From: a virus | IMG/VR virus record: IMGVR_UViG_3300029448_000003 | Span: 46,915 to 110,914 of that record | Strand: one strand, 5' to 3' | Length of the DNA stretch: 64,000 nt | In this document: one piece after another, positions 16,256-26,783 of the stretch | Layout: each line of letters starts with the position of its first letter | How positions within the stretch are numbered: the first letter of the stretch is position 1 | Notes under the pieces: model-generated | What the model was told of the DNA's origin: nothing | The model's database searches: none | The model's input: the letters and a program-made list of their open reading frames with translations, nothing else | Position numbers and translations under genes: made by a program

Positions 16256-18388
16256 ATGGCAGAAGAAGAAAATACAGAAAATGTAGTTGAAGACCAGTCT
16301 ATGCATTTAGAAGATGTTAGCTCTATTGATAAAGAAGAACCTTCTTCAGCTAGTATTGCTATTTTTGTAAAAGATAAGTATAAGAAAGCAGAAGATGCTA
16401 GACGAACAGATGAGCAAAGATGGTTACGTTCATATAGAAATTATAGAGGTTTGTATGGTCCAGATGTTCAGTTTTCAGAAGCAGAAAAATCTAGAGTATT
16501 TATCAAGATAACTAAAACTAAAACTTTGGCTGCGTATAGTCAAATTGTTGACGTTTTATTTGCAGGTAATAAATTTCCTATTAGCGTTGAGCCAACAGAA
16601 TTACCTGATGGTGTATCTGAAGATGTACATATAGATATAGAAAAACCAAACAAAGAAGATGAGCAACAACAACCTGAATTAGAGTTTTCAGGAGATGGTA
16701 CACCTTTACCTAAAGGGTATCGTTCAGGAGTACAACTAGGTCCTATCGAAGAAAAAATAGCTAAGATGGAAAACGTTACTGTGCAAGAAGGTCCGGGAAC
16801 TAAGCCAAAGACAGTAACCTATAGCCCTGCTATGATTGCAGCTAAAAAGATGGAAAAGAAGATCATGGATCAACTTGAAGAATCTAGTGCTTCTAAACAT
16901 CTACGTAGCACAGCTTTTGAGATGGCATTGTTTGGCACAGGTGTAATGAAAGGTCCTTTTGCTCTAGATAAAGAATACCCTAATTGGGAAGAAAATGGTG
17001 AATACAATCCTGTATTTAAAACAATACCACAGGTATCTAACGTATCTGTTTGGAATTTTTATCCTGATCCAGATTCAAATAACATGGATGACGCACAATA
17101 TGTAATAGAAAGACATAAACTTTCACGTAGTCAATTACGTGCTCTTAAAAAAAGACCTTACTTTAGAGAAAACATGATAGATGCTTGTATTGATATGGGC
17201 GAAGAGTATAACAAAAAATATTGGGAAGATGATTTATCTGACTATACTGAAGAAACGGAAATTGACAGATTTGAAGTTATAGAGTATTGGGGTGTTGTTG
17301 ATACACAACTACTTATTGATAACGAAGTTGATATACCAAAAGAGTTAAAAGATTCAGACGAGTTACATGCTAATATATGGATGTGCCAAAACAATCTTAT
17401 TCGTGTAGTTTTAAATCCGTTTAAACCTGCTAAAATACCTTATATGGCATCTCCATATGAGTTAAACCCTTATTCATTCTTTGGTGTAGGCATAGCTGAA
17501 AACATGGATGATACACAAACCTTAATGAATGGTTTTATGCGTATGGCAGTTGATAATGCCGTACTATCAGGTAACTTACTTATAGAAGTAGATGAAACAA
17601 ACCTAGTTCCGGGACAAGACTTATCTGTATATCCGGGAAAAGTGTTTAGAAGACAAGGTGGTGCTCCGGGACAAGCAATCTTTGGTACAAAGTTTCCAAA
17701 TGTATCTAACGAAAATATGCAGTTATTTGATAAAGCTAGACAGCTATCAGATGAGAGTACAGGGTTTCCTAGCTTTGCACACGGTCAAACAGGTGTGTCA
17801 GGTGTAGGAAGAACAGCAAGTGGTATATCTATGCTAATGAACGCAGCAAGTGGTTCAATTAAAGCTGTTATTAAAAATGTTGACGATTATTTACTTAGAC
17901 CATTAGGTGAAAATCTATTTCGTTTTAATATGCAGTTTGATTTTAATCCAGACTTTAGAGGTGATTTAGAAATTAAAGCTAGAGGAACAGAAAGTCTTAT
18001 GGCTAACGAAGTTAGAAGTCAAAGATTAATGCAATTCCTACAAACAGCTAGTTCACCTGCACTTGCTCCATTTGCTAAGTTTCAATTTATTATTAGAGAA
18101 ATAGCAAAGACTATGGATTTAGACCCTGATAAAGTAACTAATAACATGGAAGAAGCTGAATTACAGGCTAGTATGATGCAAAAGATGCAAATGCAACAAC
18201 AGCCACCTGCAGGAGCAGACCCCAATGATCCAACAGGAGCAGGTGGTGGTACAATAGGAACAGGCATAGCTCCTACCCCAAACGAACAAGGATTTACAGG
18301 AAATGAACAAGGACAAGGACAAACAGCAGGTGCTGTCACCCCTCAAGAAGTTGGTGGACAACAAACGGCTACTAGACAGTTTCAATAA
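16256..18388 (+). CDS. portal protein
   Basis: 710 aa after TerL; FGTGVMKGP, NFYPDP, FFGVGIAE, RTASGISML. Confidence 0.9.
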   Translation: MAEEENTENVVEDQSMHLEDVSSIDKEEPSSASIAIFVKDKYKKAEDARRTDEQRWLRSYRNYRGLYGPDVQFSEAEKSRVFIKITKTKTLAAYSQIVDVLFAGNKFPISVEPTELPDGVSEDVHIDIEKPNKEDEQQQPELEFSGDGTPLPKGYRSGVQLGPIEEKIAKMENVTVQEGPGTKPKTVTYSPAMIAAKKMEKKIMDQLEESSASKHLRSTAFEMALFGTGVMKGPFALDKEYPNWEENGEYNPVFKTIPQVSNVSVWNFYPDPDSNNMDDAQYVIERHKLSRSQLRALKKRPYFRENMIDACIDMGEEYNKKYWEDDLSDYTEETEIDRFEVIEYWGVVDTQLLIDNEVDIPKELKDSDELHANIWMCQNNLIRVVLNPFKPAKIPYMASPYELNPYSFFGVGIAENMDDTQTLMNGFMRMAVDNAVLSGNLLIEVDETNLVPGQDLSVYPGKVFRRQGGAPGQAIFGTKFPNVSNENMQLFDKARQLSDESTGFPSFAHGQTGVSGVGRTASGISMLMNAASGSIKAVIKNVDDYLLRPLGENLFRFNMQFDFNPDFRGDLEIKARGTESLMANEVRSQRLMQFLQTASSPALAPFAKFQFIIREIAKTMDLDPDKVTNNMEEAELQASMMQKMQMQQQPPAGADPNDPTGAGGGTIGTGIAPTPNEQGFTGNEQGQGQTAGAVTPQEVGGQQTATRQFQ

Positions 18389-18536
18389 TTACGTAGACTA
18401 TTTAATAGCAAACCAACACAAAGCTATGGAACAAGCTGATACTAATGTTCTATTGTATAGGACACAGGGAGCGATTTCTGTCTTGCGTAAATTAAAATAT
18501 TTAAGAGAAGAAGTAATAGGAGCAGATAAACAATGA
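18303..18536 (+). CDS. small conserved protein following portal
   Basis: LYRTQGAI..LRKLKYLREEV. Confidence 0.65.
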   Translation: MNKDKDKQQVLSPLKKLVDNKRLLDSFNNYVDYLIANQHKAMEQADTNVLLYRTQGAISVLRKLKYLREEVIGADKQ

Positions 18537-21500
18537 GTGTAGCATCTAAACTTGCTAGAGCAGTAACTAAAAAACTAACAAAAAACATTACAAAAGATAC
18601 TCCTGTAGAAAAAGAATCTATACCTGTAAGACCTGTTAATCAATCTAATTTAGAAAAAGTAGGTTTACCTTATAGACACGGTGGCGAATATATTAATCCT
18701 ATAACTAAAGAAATATTAACAGATAAAAATGTAGGTGGTGCAAATATTAAAATAAGACCAGAAATGGAAGTTAAAGGCGATAGACCTCAAGCATCTATGG
18801 CTGTAACGGATTTAGATGTGTCTGATATAGGTTCACAAGGCACAGATATAAAAGTTAATTTAGTAAAACCATCAAAAACAGGTAAAAAAGCTGGATGGGA
18901 TTGGTTAAATAGAGTAGATGAAAATTTAGATGTTAATACTTTAGTATCTGTTACTAATAGGGGAAAACACTTTTATACTTTAGAAACAGATTTTTCTAAA
19001 GGTGCTAGATTAAAAACCTATCCTGCTAATAGAGATGAGCCTAGACTACGACCAACAGTTACTGGTAATTTAGAGCTAGGAGAAATTATTGGTACTATTA
19101 AGCTAAGAGGAAAAGAACATCCTGTATATAATAAAATAGTAACTTACAATAAAGGTGGAGCAGTAATGAAAAAACAAGAAGGGGGTTTAGCAGACGATGG
19201 TGGAACAATAGAAGAAGAATCAGGTAATGAAGTTCCTGTTGGTTCACTTAAAAGCGAAGTAAGAGATGATATTGATGCAAAGCTATCAGAAGGAGAGTTT
19301 GTATTTCCTGCAGATGTAGTACGTTTTATAGGTTTAAATAAACTAATGTCTTTGCGACAAAAGGCTAAACAAGGGCTTCAACAAATGGAGGACATGGGTC
19401 AAATGGGAAATGCAGAAGAAGCAACTATGGAAGATAGTGGAGAATGGAATGAAGATGCAATGATAGAACCTGAAGTTAAAATGGCTCCGGGTGGCTTAGT
19501 ATCTACTACTAGTAATCAAAGTTCTAGATTTGCAGGACTAGCACCTACACTTGCACCTGTAGAACAACAACCTATGCAAGAAGAAGATGAAGAAATATTA
19601 GATGTTGAAGAAGATGACATAGACGCAATAGGTGATGACTCTGATGATGAAATATTATCATATGAAGACTTAATGCCAAAAGTAGAAAACTTATATGGCA
19701 TTAAACAGTATTATGATCCAAATTCAAAAAGAATATATCGTATTACTTTTATAAATGGTAAACCTACATCGCCTATACCAGATCATTGGTTGGCAACAGA
19801 TTCAGATGAATTTAAAGCTCTTATGAAAGAAGAACAGAAAAAAATAGATAAAACAACTGTTGAAGAAATGAATGGTATCGCACCTGAAACTGACAACAAA
19901 GATACAACAGAAAAAGAAAATGAAGAGAGAAGAGAACACACAAAACAGGTTCTAGGATTAACAGAAACAGCGACAGAAACAGATACTATATCATCTTTAT
20001 TTGGTACAGGTTCAGATGCGTCAAATGATCCTCTTATAAAAAGATTTTCTCGTGGTGTTTTAATGAGTGCTTTAGGAATACCTATTTGGGCGGCCATTGC
20101 CGCAGAAAAATTAGGAGTAACTAAAAAACTAGCAGGTGCTATTGATTCTTTTTTAGAAGGTGATACATCTGAAGAAGTGACAAAAACATTAGAAGAAGGA
20201 AAGAAAGCCTTAGTGCTATCTGGTGGTTCTTTTGATGATACAGCAACAGGAAAATTTACAGGTGGTACTCAACCTGCTCCTTCTGTAGAAGAATACTTTG
20301 ATGGAAAGAAATATGTATATGATGCTTTAGAGGGTAAAGATAAACTTACAGTATTGTTTGGGTCTACGGATACTCGTGGTGGTTTTGGTAATGTTGGGCA
20401 AGAATATTATCTTGAGGGTGAAGATAGAGGTAATAAGCCTATCCTTACAGTAACAGGTCAGATAGGCTATAATGCTGGGGATATGGACCCCACTACAGGT
20501 GGCATATTTAATAACGCAGGACAGGCTGTAGACATAAGAACAAACAAACTATTAAACGCTTACAATACCTATGATAATTTTGTCTTGGGTAAAAAACTTT
20601 CTATAGAAACAGGATGGTTTGGTGGAGAGATTAGTTATGATACTTGGTCGCAACTTTCACCTGAAGGAAAAGTTAAATACGAGAAATACTATCTAGCTTT
20701 ACAGAGAGAAGGTATTGAAGTAGCTAAATATGGTAGAAACGAAACTCCGTTTCAACACCAAATGAATAAAGTACTTGAAACAGGAAATTCTGACGATTTA
20801 AAAACATTAGCACAAGCATCTATTGTCACAGATAGTGAAGGTAATGCTGTAAGGTCTTCCGAAAATGGTACTCCTGTAACTTCTATGGAAGGTTCTTTCT
20901 TAACTAATAACCAAAAAAATCAACTAGCCGATGTCTTAGTTAAGGATTATTTAACAAATTTTGCAACTAATCATAATTATGTATATGATATTGATCCAAC
21001 ACAATTTACAGATTCTATAAAGAATAACACTATTAAAAATAAAAATGATTTAGTTAGTGCGATTGCAGAAGCTGAAAATGACAAAAAGCTTGAAGCTGAA
21101 TTATTAGCACAGCAAAAAGCTCAAGAAGCACAGCGAAAAGCTCAAGAGAAAGCTGACGCAGCATTTGCAGAGGAAGAAGCTCGTAGAATTAAAATAGAAG
21201 AAGAAGAAGCAAAAGCAGCTGAATTATTAGCACAGCAACAAGAGGAAGCTAGAGTCTATGAAGCACAATTACTTGCTCAAAAAGCTAAAGCTGATGCCGA
21301 AGCAAAAGCAAAAGCTGATGAATTATTTGCACAGCAACAAGCTGATGAAGCTGCTGAGTTACTTGCACAACAGAAAGCCCAAAAAGCAAAAGAAGAAGCT
21401 GACAGACTAGCACGTATAGCAGAAGAAAATAGACTCATTGCTCTTCAACAAGCACAAGATGACAAGGATAATAACGCTAGTAGTGGAACTCCATTTACTT

Positions 21501-21733
21501 CTAATCTAGGTGCTACTGTGACGCAACAAGATATTAGGGATGCTGATACGGCTAGACAACAAGTGATGGATGATAGAGAGGATGAGAAAGCAGAAAATAG
21601 AGGTGGAACATCTGCAGGAGATGCAGGATTTACTGACTCAAGTGGATATAGTGATGCTTTTAACACAGGTGGTTTAACAACTAAGCCTAAAAAGAAAAGT
21701 ATGAAGCGTGGTGGGTTAGCTTCTAAGAAATAA
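18533..21733 (+). CDS. large head-associated multidomain protein (DDIDAKLSEGEFV domain, Ala/Glu/Lys coiled coil)
   Basis: 1066 aa between portal and scaffold; several xxGG motifs; ELLAQQ repeats. Confidence 0.75.
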   Translation: MSVASKLARAVTKKLTKNITKDTPVEKESIPVRPVNQSNLEKVGLPYRHGGEYINPITKEILTDKNVGGANIKIRPEMEVKGDRPQASMAVTDLDVSDIGSQGTDIKVNLVKPSKTGKKAGWDWLNRVDENLDVNTLVSVTNRGKHFYTLETDFSKGARLKTYPANRDEPRLRPTVTGNLELGEIIGTIKLRGKEHPVYNKIVTYNKGGAVMKKQEGGLADDGGTIEEESGNEVPVGSLKSEVRDDIDAKLSEGEFVFPADVVRFIGLNKLMSLRQKAKQGLQQMEDMGQMGNAEEATMEDSGEWNEDAMIEPEVKMAPGGLVSTTSNQSSRFAGLAPTLAPVEQQPMQEEDEEILDVEEDDIDAIGDDSDDEILSYEDLMPKVENLYGIKQYYDPNSKRIYRITFINGKPTSPIPDHWLATDSDEFKALMKEEQKKIDKTTVEEMNGIAPETDNKDTTEKENEERREHTKQVLGLTETATETDTISSLFGTGSDASNDPLIKRFSRGVLMSALGIPIWAAIAAEKLGVTKKLAGAIDSFLEGDTSEEVTKTLEEGKKALVLSGGSFDDTATGKFTGGTQPAPSVEEYFDGKKYVYDALEGKDKLTVLFGSTDTRGGFGNVGQEYYLEGEDRGNKPILTVTGQIGYNAGDMDPTTGGIFNNAGQAVDIRTNKLLNAYNTYDNFVLGKKLSIETGWFGGEISYDTWSQLSPEGKVKYEKYYLALQREGIEVAKYGRNETPFQHQMNKVLETGNSDDLKTLAQASIVTDSEGNAVRSSENGTPVTSMEGSFLTNNQKNQLADVLVKDYLTNFATNHNYVYDIDPTQFTDSIKNNTIKNKNDLVSAIAEAENDKKLEAELLAQQKAQEAQRKAQEKADAAFAEEEARRIKIEEEEAKAAELLAQQQEEARVYEAQLLAQKAKADAEAKAKADELFAQQQADEAAELLAQQKAQKAKEEADRLARIAEENRLIALQQAQDDKDNNASSGTPFTSNLGATVTQQDIRDADTARQQVMDDREDEKAENRGGTSAGDAGFTDSSGYSDAFNTGGLTTKPKKKSMKRGGLASKK

Positions 21734-21743
21734 ATAACCCACA

Positions 21744-21797
21744 TTTGTTGGCTACTCATACCCCTATGATTGGCTACTTTGACCCCAACAAAGGAGA
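21744..21797 (+). promoter_or_regulatory. structured leader of scaffold gene with tandem TTGGCTACT-N3-ACCCC repeat
   Basis: Repeats at 21748 and 21770 (22 bp period), enclosed by TTTGTTGG/CCAACAAA stem abutting SD. Confidence 0.55.
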
Positions 21798-21803
21798 AGA
21801 AAT

Positions 21804-22673
21804 ATGGCTGAACAAGCTATGACAAAAGAAGTAAAAGTTGAGAAAAAGGCATTTATAAGTAAACCCTATTCTCGTGAAGAAAAAATAAAAAAAGACGAAG
21901 CAGAACTAGAACAGTTAAAAAAAGAACAAAAAGGAGAAGTTGATGCTAAAGAATCTGTGGCTACCGATCAAGAACCTGATAGTGCTGAAGAACGAAGTTT
22001 CAAGAAACGCTATGGAGATTTACGTAAACATCAGCAACAGCAACAGAAATCTTTGGAAGACAAAGTATCGGCTCTTGAGAATCAGTTGGAAGAAGCTACT
22101 AAGAAAGAAATTAAACTTCCTAAAACTGAAGAAGAAATAGACAAATGGACAACTGAGTACCCTGATGTTGCAGCAATTGTAGAAACGATTGCCATGAAAA
22201 AAGCAAGAGAGCAATCTAAAACAATGGAAAAACGCATAGTAGAAATAGAAAATATGCGTACTGAAGCAACAAAAGAAAAAGCAGAAGTTGAGCTTTTAAA
22301 GTTTCATCCTGATTTTAATACGATTAGAGAAGAAGATGATTTTCACGAATGGGCAGAACAGCAACCTAAATGGGTACAAGATGCTCTATATGAAAATCAA
22401 GAAGATGCTCGTTCAGCAGCTCGTGCAATTGATTTATATAAAGTAGACAAAGGTATTAAAACTTCTAATAAACCATCTAATAAAGATGCTGCTAAATCAG
22501 TTAACATAAAATCAAAAGCAGGAGAACCTCTAACAAATGAATCTAAAAATTATTTAAAAGAATCTGAAATACAAGCAATGTCAGCAAAAGAATATGAAAA
22601 ACATTCAGAAGAAATTATGGATGCTATTCGTTCTGGAAAATTTATTTATGACATTTCTGGGTCAGCAAGATAA
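21804..22673 (+). CDS. capsid scaffolding protein
   Basis: Acidic coiled coil, FKKRYGDLR, HPDF...F.EW..QP; upstream of MCP. Confidence 0.8.
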   Translation: MAEQAMTKEVKVEKKAFISKPYSREEKIKKDEAELEQLKKEQKGEVDAKESVATDQEPDSAEERSFKKRYGDLRKHQQQQQKSLEDKVSALENQLEEATKKEIKLPKTEEEIDKWTTEYPDVAAIVETIAMKKAREQSKTMEKRIVEIENMRTEATKEKAEVELLKFHPDFNTIREEDDFHEWAEQQPKWVQDALYENQEDARSAARAIDLYKVDKGIKTSNKPSNKDAAKSVNIKSKAGEPLTNESKNYLKESEIQAMSAKEYEKHSEEIMDAIRSGKFIYDISGSAR

Positions 22674-22676
22674 CTG

Positions 22677-22705
22677 TTGACAAACAAGCATTTATGGTGT
22701 ATAAC
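22677..22705 (+). promoter_or_regulatory. sigma70-type promoter for major capsid gene
   Basis: TTGACA-17bp-TATAAC. Confidence 0.75.
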
Positions 22706-22920
22706 TATAATCGAGTTTAGATTAGCCTAAACGGTGTTTACAACCTAGCTAAACTCAAAATCTCGCAAATTCCAAATAAGACAAAGACATACTCTTTAGT
22801 ATTTGCCCAAATGTTTAATCCGATTGCAACGTATTAAATTATTTGCACCTTATAACTATAGACCTCTCTGAACATGTATGGTATTTTGCATCTGTTTATG
22901 TAAAAGAAAAGGAGATAACT

Positions 22921-23973
22921 ATGGCTTTTACAAAAGTGGCAGGACATGGGAATTTACCTAACGGTAATTTTTCACCTATCATATATTCCAAACAGGTACA
23001 ACTTGCTTTTCGTAAGGGTTCTGTAGTGGAAGCAATAACTAACTCAGATTACTTTGGTGAAATCGCTAACTTTGGCGATACTGTTAAAGTCATCAAAGAA
23101 CCTGAGATCACCGTCAAATCATATGCTCGTGGTACAACTATTCAACCACAAGATATTGACGATGAAGAATTTTCTCTTACCATTGACAAAGCAAACTATT
23201 TTGCATTTAAAGTCGATGATATAGAGGAAGCACATTCGCATGTGAATTTTCAATCACTTGCATCCGATAGAGCAGCGTATAGATTGAAAGATCAATACGA
23301 CCAAGACGTTCTTGGTTACTTATCAGGTTTTAAACAATCTGCTATTCATGGCACTCCTGATACTGCAAACACAACAGTGAATGGAACTAAGGCTGTTTCA
23401 ACTGCTGGTTCAAATGAACTATTATCATCTATGTTACTTAATGAAGATGATTTTGGTGGTTCAGGTGGAGCGGCTATAGCCATTAAACCTCGTGGTTCTG
23501 AAGCGGCACCAACAGCTGCTGGCGATAGAAACCCACTAACTGTGATTGCTCGTATGTCAAGGTTGCTAGATCAACAAAATGTAGATACTGATGGAAGATG
23601 GTTAGTTTTAGACCCTGTATTTATTGAAGTATTAAAAGACGAAGATTCTAGACTTTTCCAAGCAGATTGGTCAGGTTCTGGTCTTCAAAACGGTTTAGTA
23701 CTTAATAACTTACATGGTTTTAAAGTATACCAATCTAACAATCTACCTTCTGTTGGAACAGGTCCTACTTTTGCAGGAACTAATAGCACAGATAACTACG
23801 GAGTAATTGTTGCAGGACATAGTTCTGCTATAGCTACTGCTGAACAAATCAACAAGACAGAAACTTACAGGGACCCTGATAGTTTCGCTGATATTGTTCG
23901 TGGCATGCATTTGTATGGTCGAAAAATACTTAGACCTGAAGCTCTTGTTAGAGCACAATATCACTTAGCGTAA
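22921..23973 (+). CDS. major capsid protein
   Basis: NFSPIIYSK, EIANFGDTVKV, LTIDKANYFAFKVDDIE, DIVRGMHLYG; AAGGAG SD before ATG 22921. Confidence 0.92.
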   Translation: MAFTKVAGHGNLPNGNFSPIIYSKQVQLAFRKGSVVEAITNSDYFGEIANFGDTVKVIKEPEITVKSYARGTTIQPQDIDDEEFSLTIDKANYFAFKVDDIEEAHSHVNFQSLASDRAAYRLKDQYDQDVLGYLSGFKQSAIHGTPDTANTTVNGTKAVSTAGSNELLSSMLLNEDDFGGSGGAAIAIKPRGSEAAPTAAGDRNPLTVIARMSRLLDQQNVDTDGRWLVLDPVFIEVLKDEDSRLFQADWSGSGLQNGLVLNNLHGFKVYQSNNLPSVGTGPTFAGTNSTDNYGVIVAGHSSAIATAEQINKTETYRDPDSFADIVRGMHLYGRKILRPEALVRAQYHLA

Positions 23974-23986
23974 GGGAGAATAGAAT

Positions 23987-24466
23987 ATGGCAACACTTAC
24001 ATCTTTATTGCTACCAGAACATGGAAGTTCCTCAAGAGGAAGAAAACCATATATGGTACAAAAAACTATCGACCTTACTGCACAAGCAATTTCTTGTACA
24101 GCAGGTGACGTAGTTCAATGTCTAACTATTCCTGCTAATACAAGAGTGTTACATGCAGGTTTTCAGGTTGTATTAAGTGCAACTATGAATACAGGTACTA
24201 ACGCTACAGCAACTCTTGGTGCTGCAGATGCCGATGAATTTGTAGCGGCATTTGACATTGATGGTGCGGCAGATGGAGCTTATGCTCCTTCAGCAACACC
24301 TGCAGCTGATATTACGCTTGCAACAGCAGATACACTAGATTTAACTTTTGCAGGAGATGGTGCAACCTTCTCAGCAGGTAAAATCAGAGTATATGCTATA
24401 ATGATGGATGTTAGCGATCAAGGAGATTCTTCTCCGGATGAAGTTGACAGAGATACATTAGCGTAA
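23987..24466 (+). CDS. capsid decoration/minor capsid protein
   Basis: Ala/Thr/Asp-rich beta protein directly after MCP. Confidence 0.65.
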   Translation: MATLTSLLLPEHGSSSRGRKPYMVQKTIDLTAQAISCTAGDVVQCLTIPANTRVLHAGFQVVLSATMNTGTNATATLGAADADEFVAAFDIDGAADGAYAPSATPAADITLATADTLDLTFAGDGATFSAGKIRVYAIMMDVSDQGDSSPDEVDRDTLA

Positions 24467-24490
24467 CTTTGCAAATGTAGTTAATAAGAA

Positions 24491-24526
24491 GGGTGAGGTA
24501 CGATATTATCTGCCTTGCCCTTTTTT
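24491..24526 (+). terminator. rho-independent terminator
   Basis: GGGTGAGGTA...TGCCTTGCCC stem (with G-U pairs) followed by T6. Confidence 0.7.
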
Positions 24527-24539
24527 AAAGGAATTTAAT

Positions 24540-24905
24540 ATGGCATATGAACCTAAAAAACGAATAAGTAATTTTTTAAAAGCAACATCTACAAATGTAA
24601 CGCAGGTTTGTAAATGCCCTAACGATAGATTATATAATATTAAAGAAATATTTATTTCAAATGTTTCTTCAAACGAAATAACATATACACTAACAATACG
24701 AAAGTATGACAAAACATCTGATGATGGTAGTGGCGAAAGTTTTACATTAATTAATTCAAATACTTTAGTTTCTAACGGTTTTATTCGTTTTGATAGTGCA
24801 GATATAATGCTTGAAAGAGAAGATATATTAAACATACAAGTATCAGAATCTGATGCAGTACACGTATCAGTTTTTATAGAAGAATACATTAGTATTGGAA
24901 GGTAA
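24540..24905 (+). CDS. structural beta-sandwich protein
   Basis: 121 aa; position in virion module. Confidence 0.6.
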   Translation: MAYEPKKRISNFLKATSTNVTQVCKCPNDRLYNIKEIFISNVSSNEITYTLTIRKYDKTSDDGSGESFTLINSNTLVSNGFIRFDSADIMLEREDILNIQVSESDAVHVSVFIEEYISIGR

Positions 24906-24910
24906 ATAAA

Positions 24911-25348
24911 ATGGCAATAACTACAAAAATGTGTGTTTCATTTAAGCAAGAGTTATTAAATAAAGAACACGATATTAACTCAGACACAATTAAAATTGCT
25001 TTAATTAAATCAGGAGAATCTGGTACATATAATGCAAGCACAACTAATTACAGTACTGTTACAGGAAATTCAGACGAAGCATCAGGAACAGGATATTCAG
25101 CAGGTGGGCAAACGCTTCAAAATGCTAACTTACAAATAAGTGGAGAAGTAGCTTTTGTAGACTTTGATGATGTTACTTGGTCTGGCTCTACTATTTCAGC
25201 AGCAGGTGCTATCCTATACAACTCAAGCGTGTCCAATAAAGCAATTGCTATATTAAGTTTTGGTGGTACAGTAGCATCGTCTTCAGGTAATTTTGTTTTA
25301 ACGATGCCAGCAAATAATTCAAGTAATGCCCTTTTAAGGTTGTCGTAA
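24911..25348 (+). CDS. virion structural protein
   Basis: SFKQELL..H....DTIKIAL...GTGYSAGG. Confidence 0.7.
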   Translation: MAITTKMCVSFKQELLNKEHDINSDTIKIALIKSGESGTYNASTTNYSTVTGNSDEASGTGYSAGGQTLQNANLQISGEVAFVDFDDVTWSGSTISAAGAILYNSSVSNKAIAILSFGGTVASSSGNFVLTMPANNSSNALLRLS

Positions 25349-26764
25349 ATGGCTCATGTCTTATTAGATAGAGCAAAAGTAGTTGCTACTAGTATGACTG
25401 GCAATTTGCCTAACTATGCCTTAACCAATGCTCCACCTACAGGCTTTGTAGATTTTACAGGTGTAGGAGATGGTAATACTACTTTTTATGTAGCAGAAGA
25501 TGACACAGGTCTTTTTGAAATAGGAGTAGGTACATTTGCTACATCAGGAGAGGTATTAACACGAACTGATGGAAATGTTATATTGTCAAGCAATAATGGT
25601 AATAATAATAGGGTTAGTTGGCCCTCTAATTCTACACCTACAGTTTTTATATCACAACCTGCTGATAAAGCAGTATCCTTAGATAATAATAACAATGTAA
25701 CTATAACTTCTACAACAGATGATGGACCAGTACTTAATCTTGTATCTAATGACCATAGTGATGCTGCTAATTGGACTACTGAAGGAAAGATATCATTTAA
25801 AGCAGATAATGATGCTAACGAAGAAACAGAATTTGCAAGTATATCATTGACTACAGCAGAGATTGCTGATGGTAATGAAACTGGTAGGCTAAAACTTAAG
25901 TTGACAAATGCTGGTGGTAGTCCAACAGAATCTTATCAATTTGCATACAACAAATTATTTTTAGAGGATGATAGCCATGCTATTAGATGGAATAATACAA
26001 GAGGTACTAGTTATGATTTAGAGCTTGTAACTACCACACCTACAGCAAATAGAACATATACATTACCTGATGCTACAGGAACTGTAATAACTACTGGTAA
26101 TATGAATGCTATTACAGATATAGGAATACAACAATATACTATTCAACTTGGAGCAGGAGCTAATTTAGAGTTTGAAGGTGCTACAGGAAATGCCCATGAA
26201 ACAACTTTAACTGTTACAGAACCAACTCAAGACAATACCATAACTTTACCAGATGCTACAGGTACTGTTGTTCTAGATACCCATGCTGGTAATCTTACAG
26301 TTAATGGTCAATTCATTATAAATTATACAAATAGTGGAGCTTGGCAAAAACCGATACAAGCGTTAGCTCCTAATTTAGCTGATGGTCAAAATGCACAGTT
26401 TACTTTTGGTAAAGCTTCAAGTAGTAATAATCTTGTTGAATTTAGTGCTAAACATATAAGTGATGGTGATGCAGGAAATTATTTTTCATTTGGGTATCAT
26501 AGTGGCACAGTAAGACCTTGTGTCAGAACAGATGGAAAAGTTTCTATAGGAAATACGCATAATTCTCCGGGAAATTGGAATCAAATTTTAAATGTAAATG
26601 GTAATATAGAAGCAATGGGAACTATAGAATTAGGACATGCAGACGATACAACAATAGAAAGAGTATCAGCAGGTGTCGTTTCAATTCAAAGTAATAATAT
26701 CCTAACTACAGCAACAGGTGCGACTACAGGTAAAGCTATCGCAATGGCAATGGTATTCGGATAA
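25349..26764 (+). CDS. tail fiber protein
   Basis: Repeated PT.NRT.TLPDATGTV motifs; C-terminal TGKAIAMAMVFG. Confidence 0.75.
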   Translation: MAHVLLDRAKVVATSMTGNLPNYALTNAPPTGFVDFTGVGDGNTTFYVAEDDTGLFEIGVGTFATSGEVLTRTDGNVILSSNNGNNNRVSWPSNSTPTVFISQPADKAVSLDNNNNVTITSTTDDGPVLNLVSNDHSDAANWTTEGKISFKADNDANEETEFASISLTTAEIADGNETGRLKLKLTNAGGSPTESYQFAYNKLFLEDDSHAIRWNNTRGTSYDLELVTTTPTANRTYTLPDATGTVITTGNMNAITDIGIQQYTIQLGAGANLEFEGATGNAHETTLTVTEPTQDNTITLPDATGTVVLDTHAGNLTVNGQFIINYTNSGAWQKPIQALAPNLADGQNAQFTFGKASSSNNLVEFSAKHISDGDAGNYFSFGYHSGTVRPCVRTDGKVSIGNTHNSPGNWNQILNVNGNIEAMGTIELGHADDTTIERVSAGVVSIQSNNILTTATGATTGKAIAMAMVFG

Positions 26765-26783
26765 AAGAAAGAGAGAATAAAAT

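Noticed and set aside
22843-22920. N-terminal extension of capsid protein from TTG 22843
   Set aside because: Strong SD precedes ATG 22921; extension unsupported
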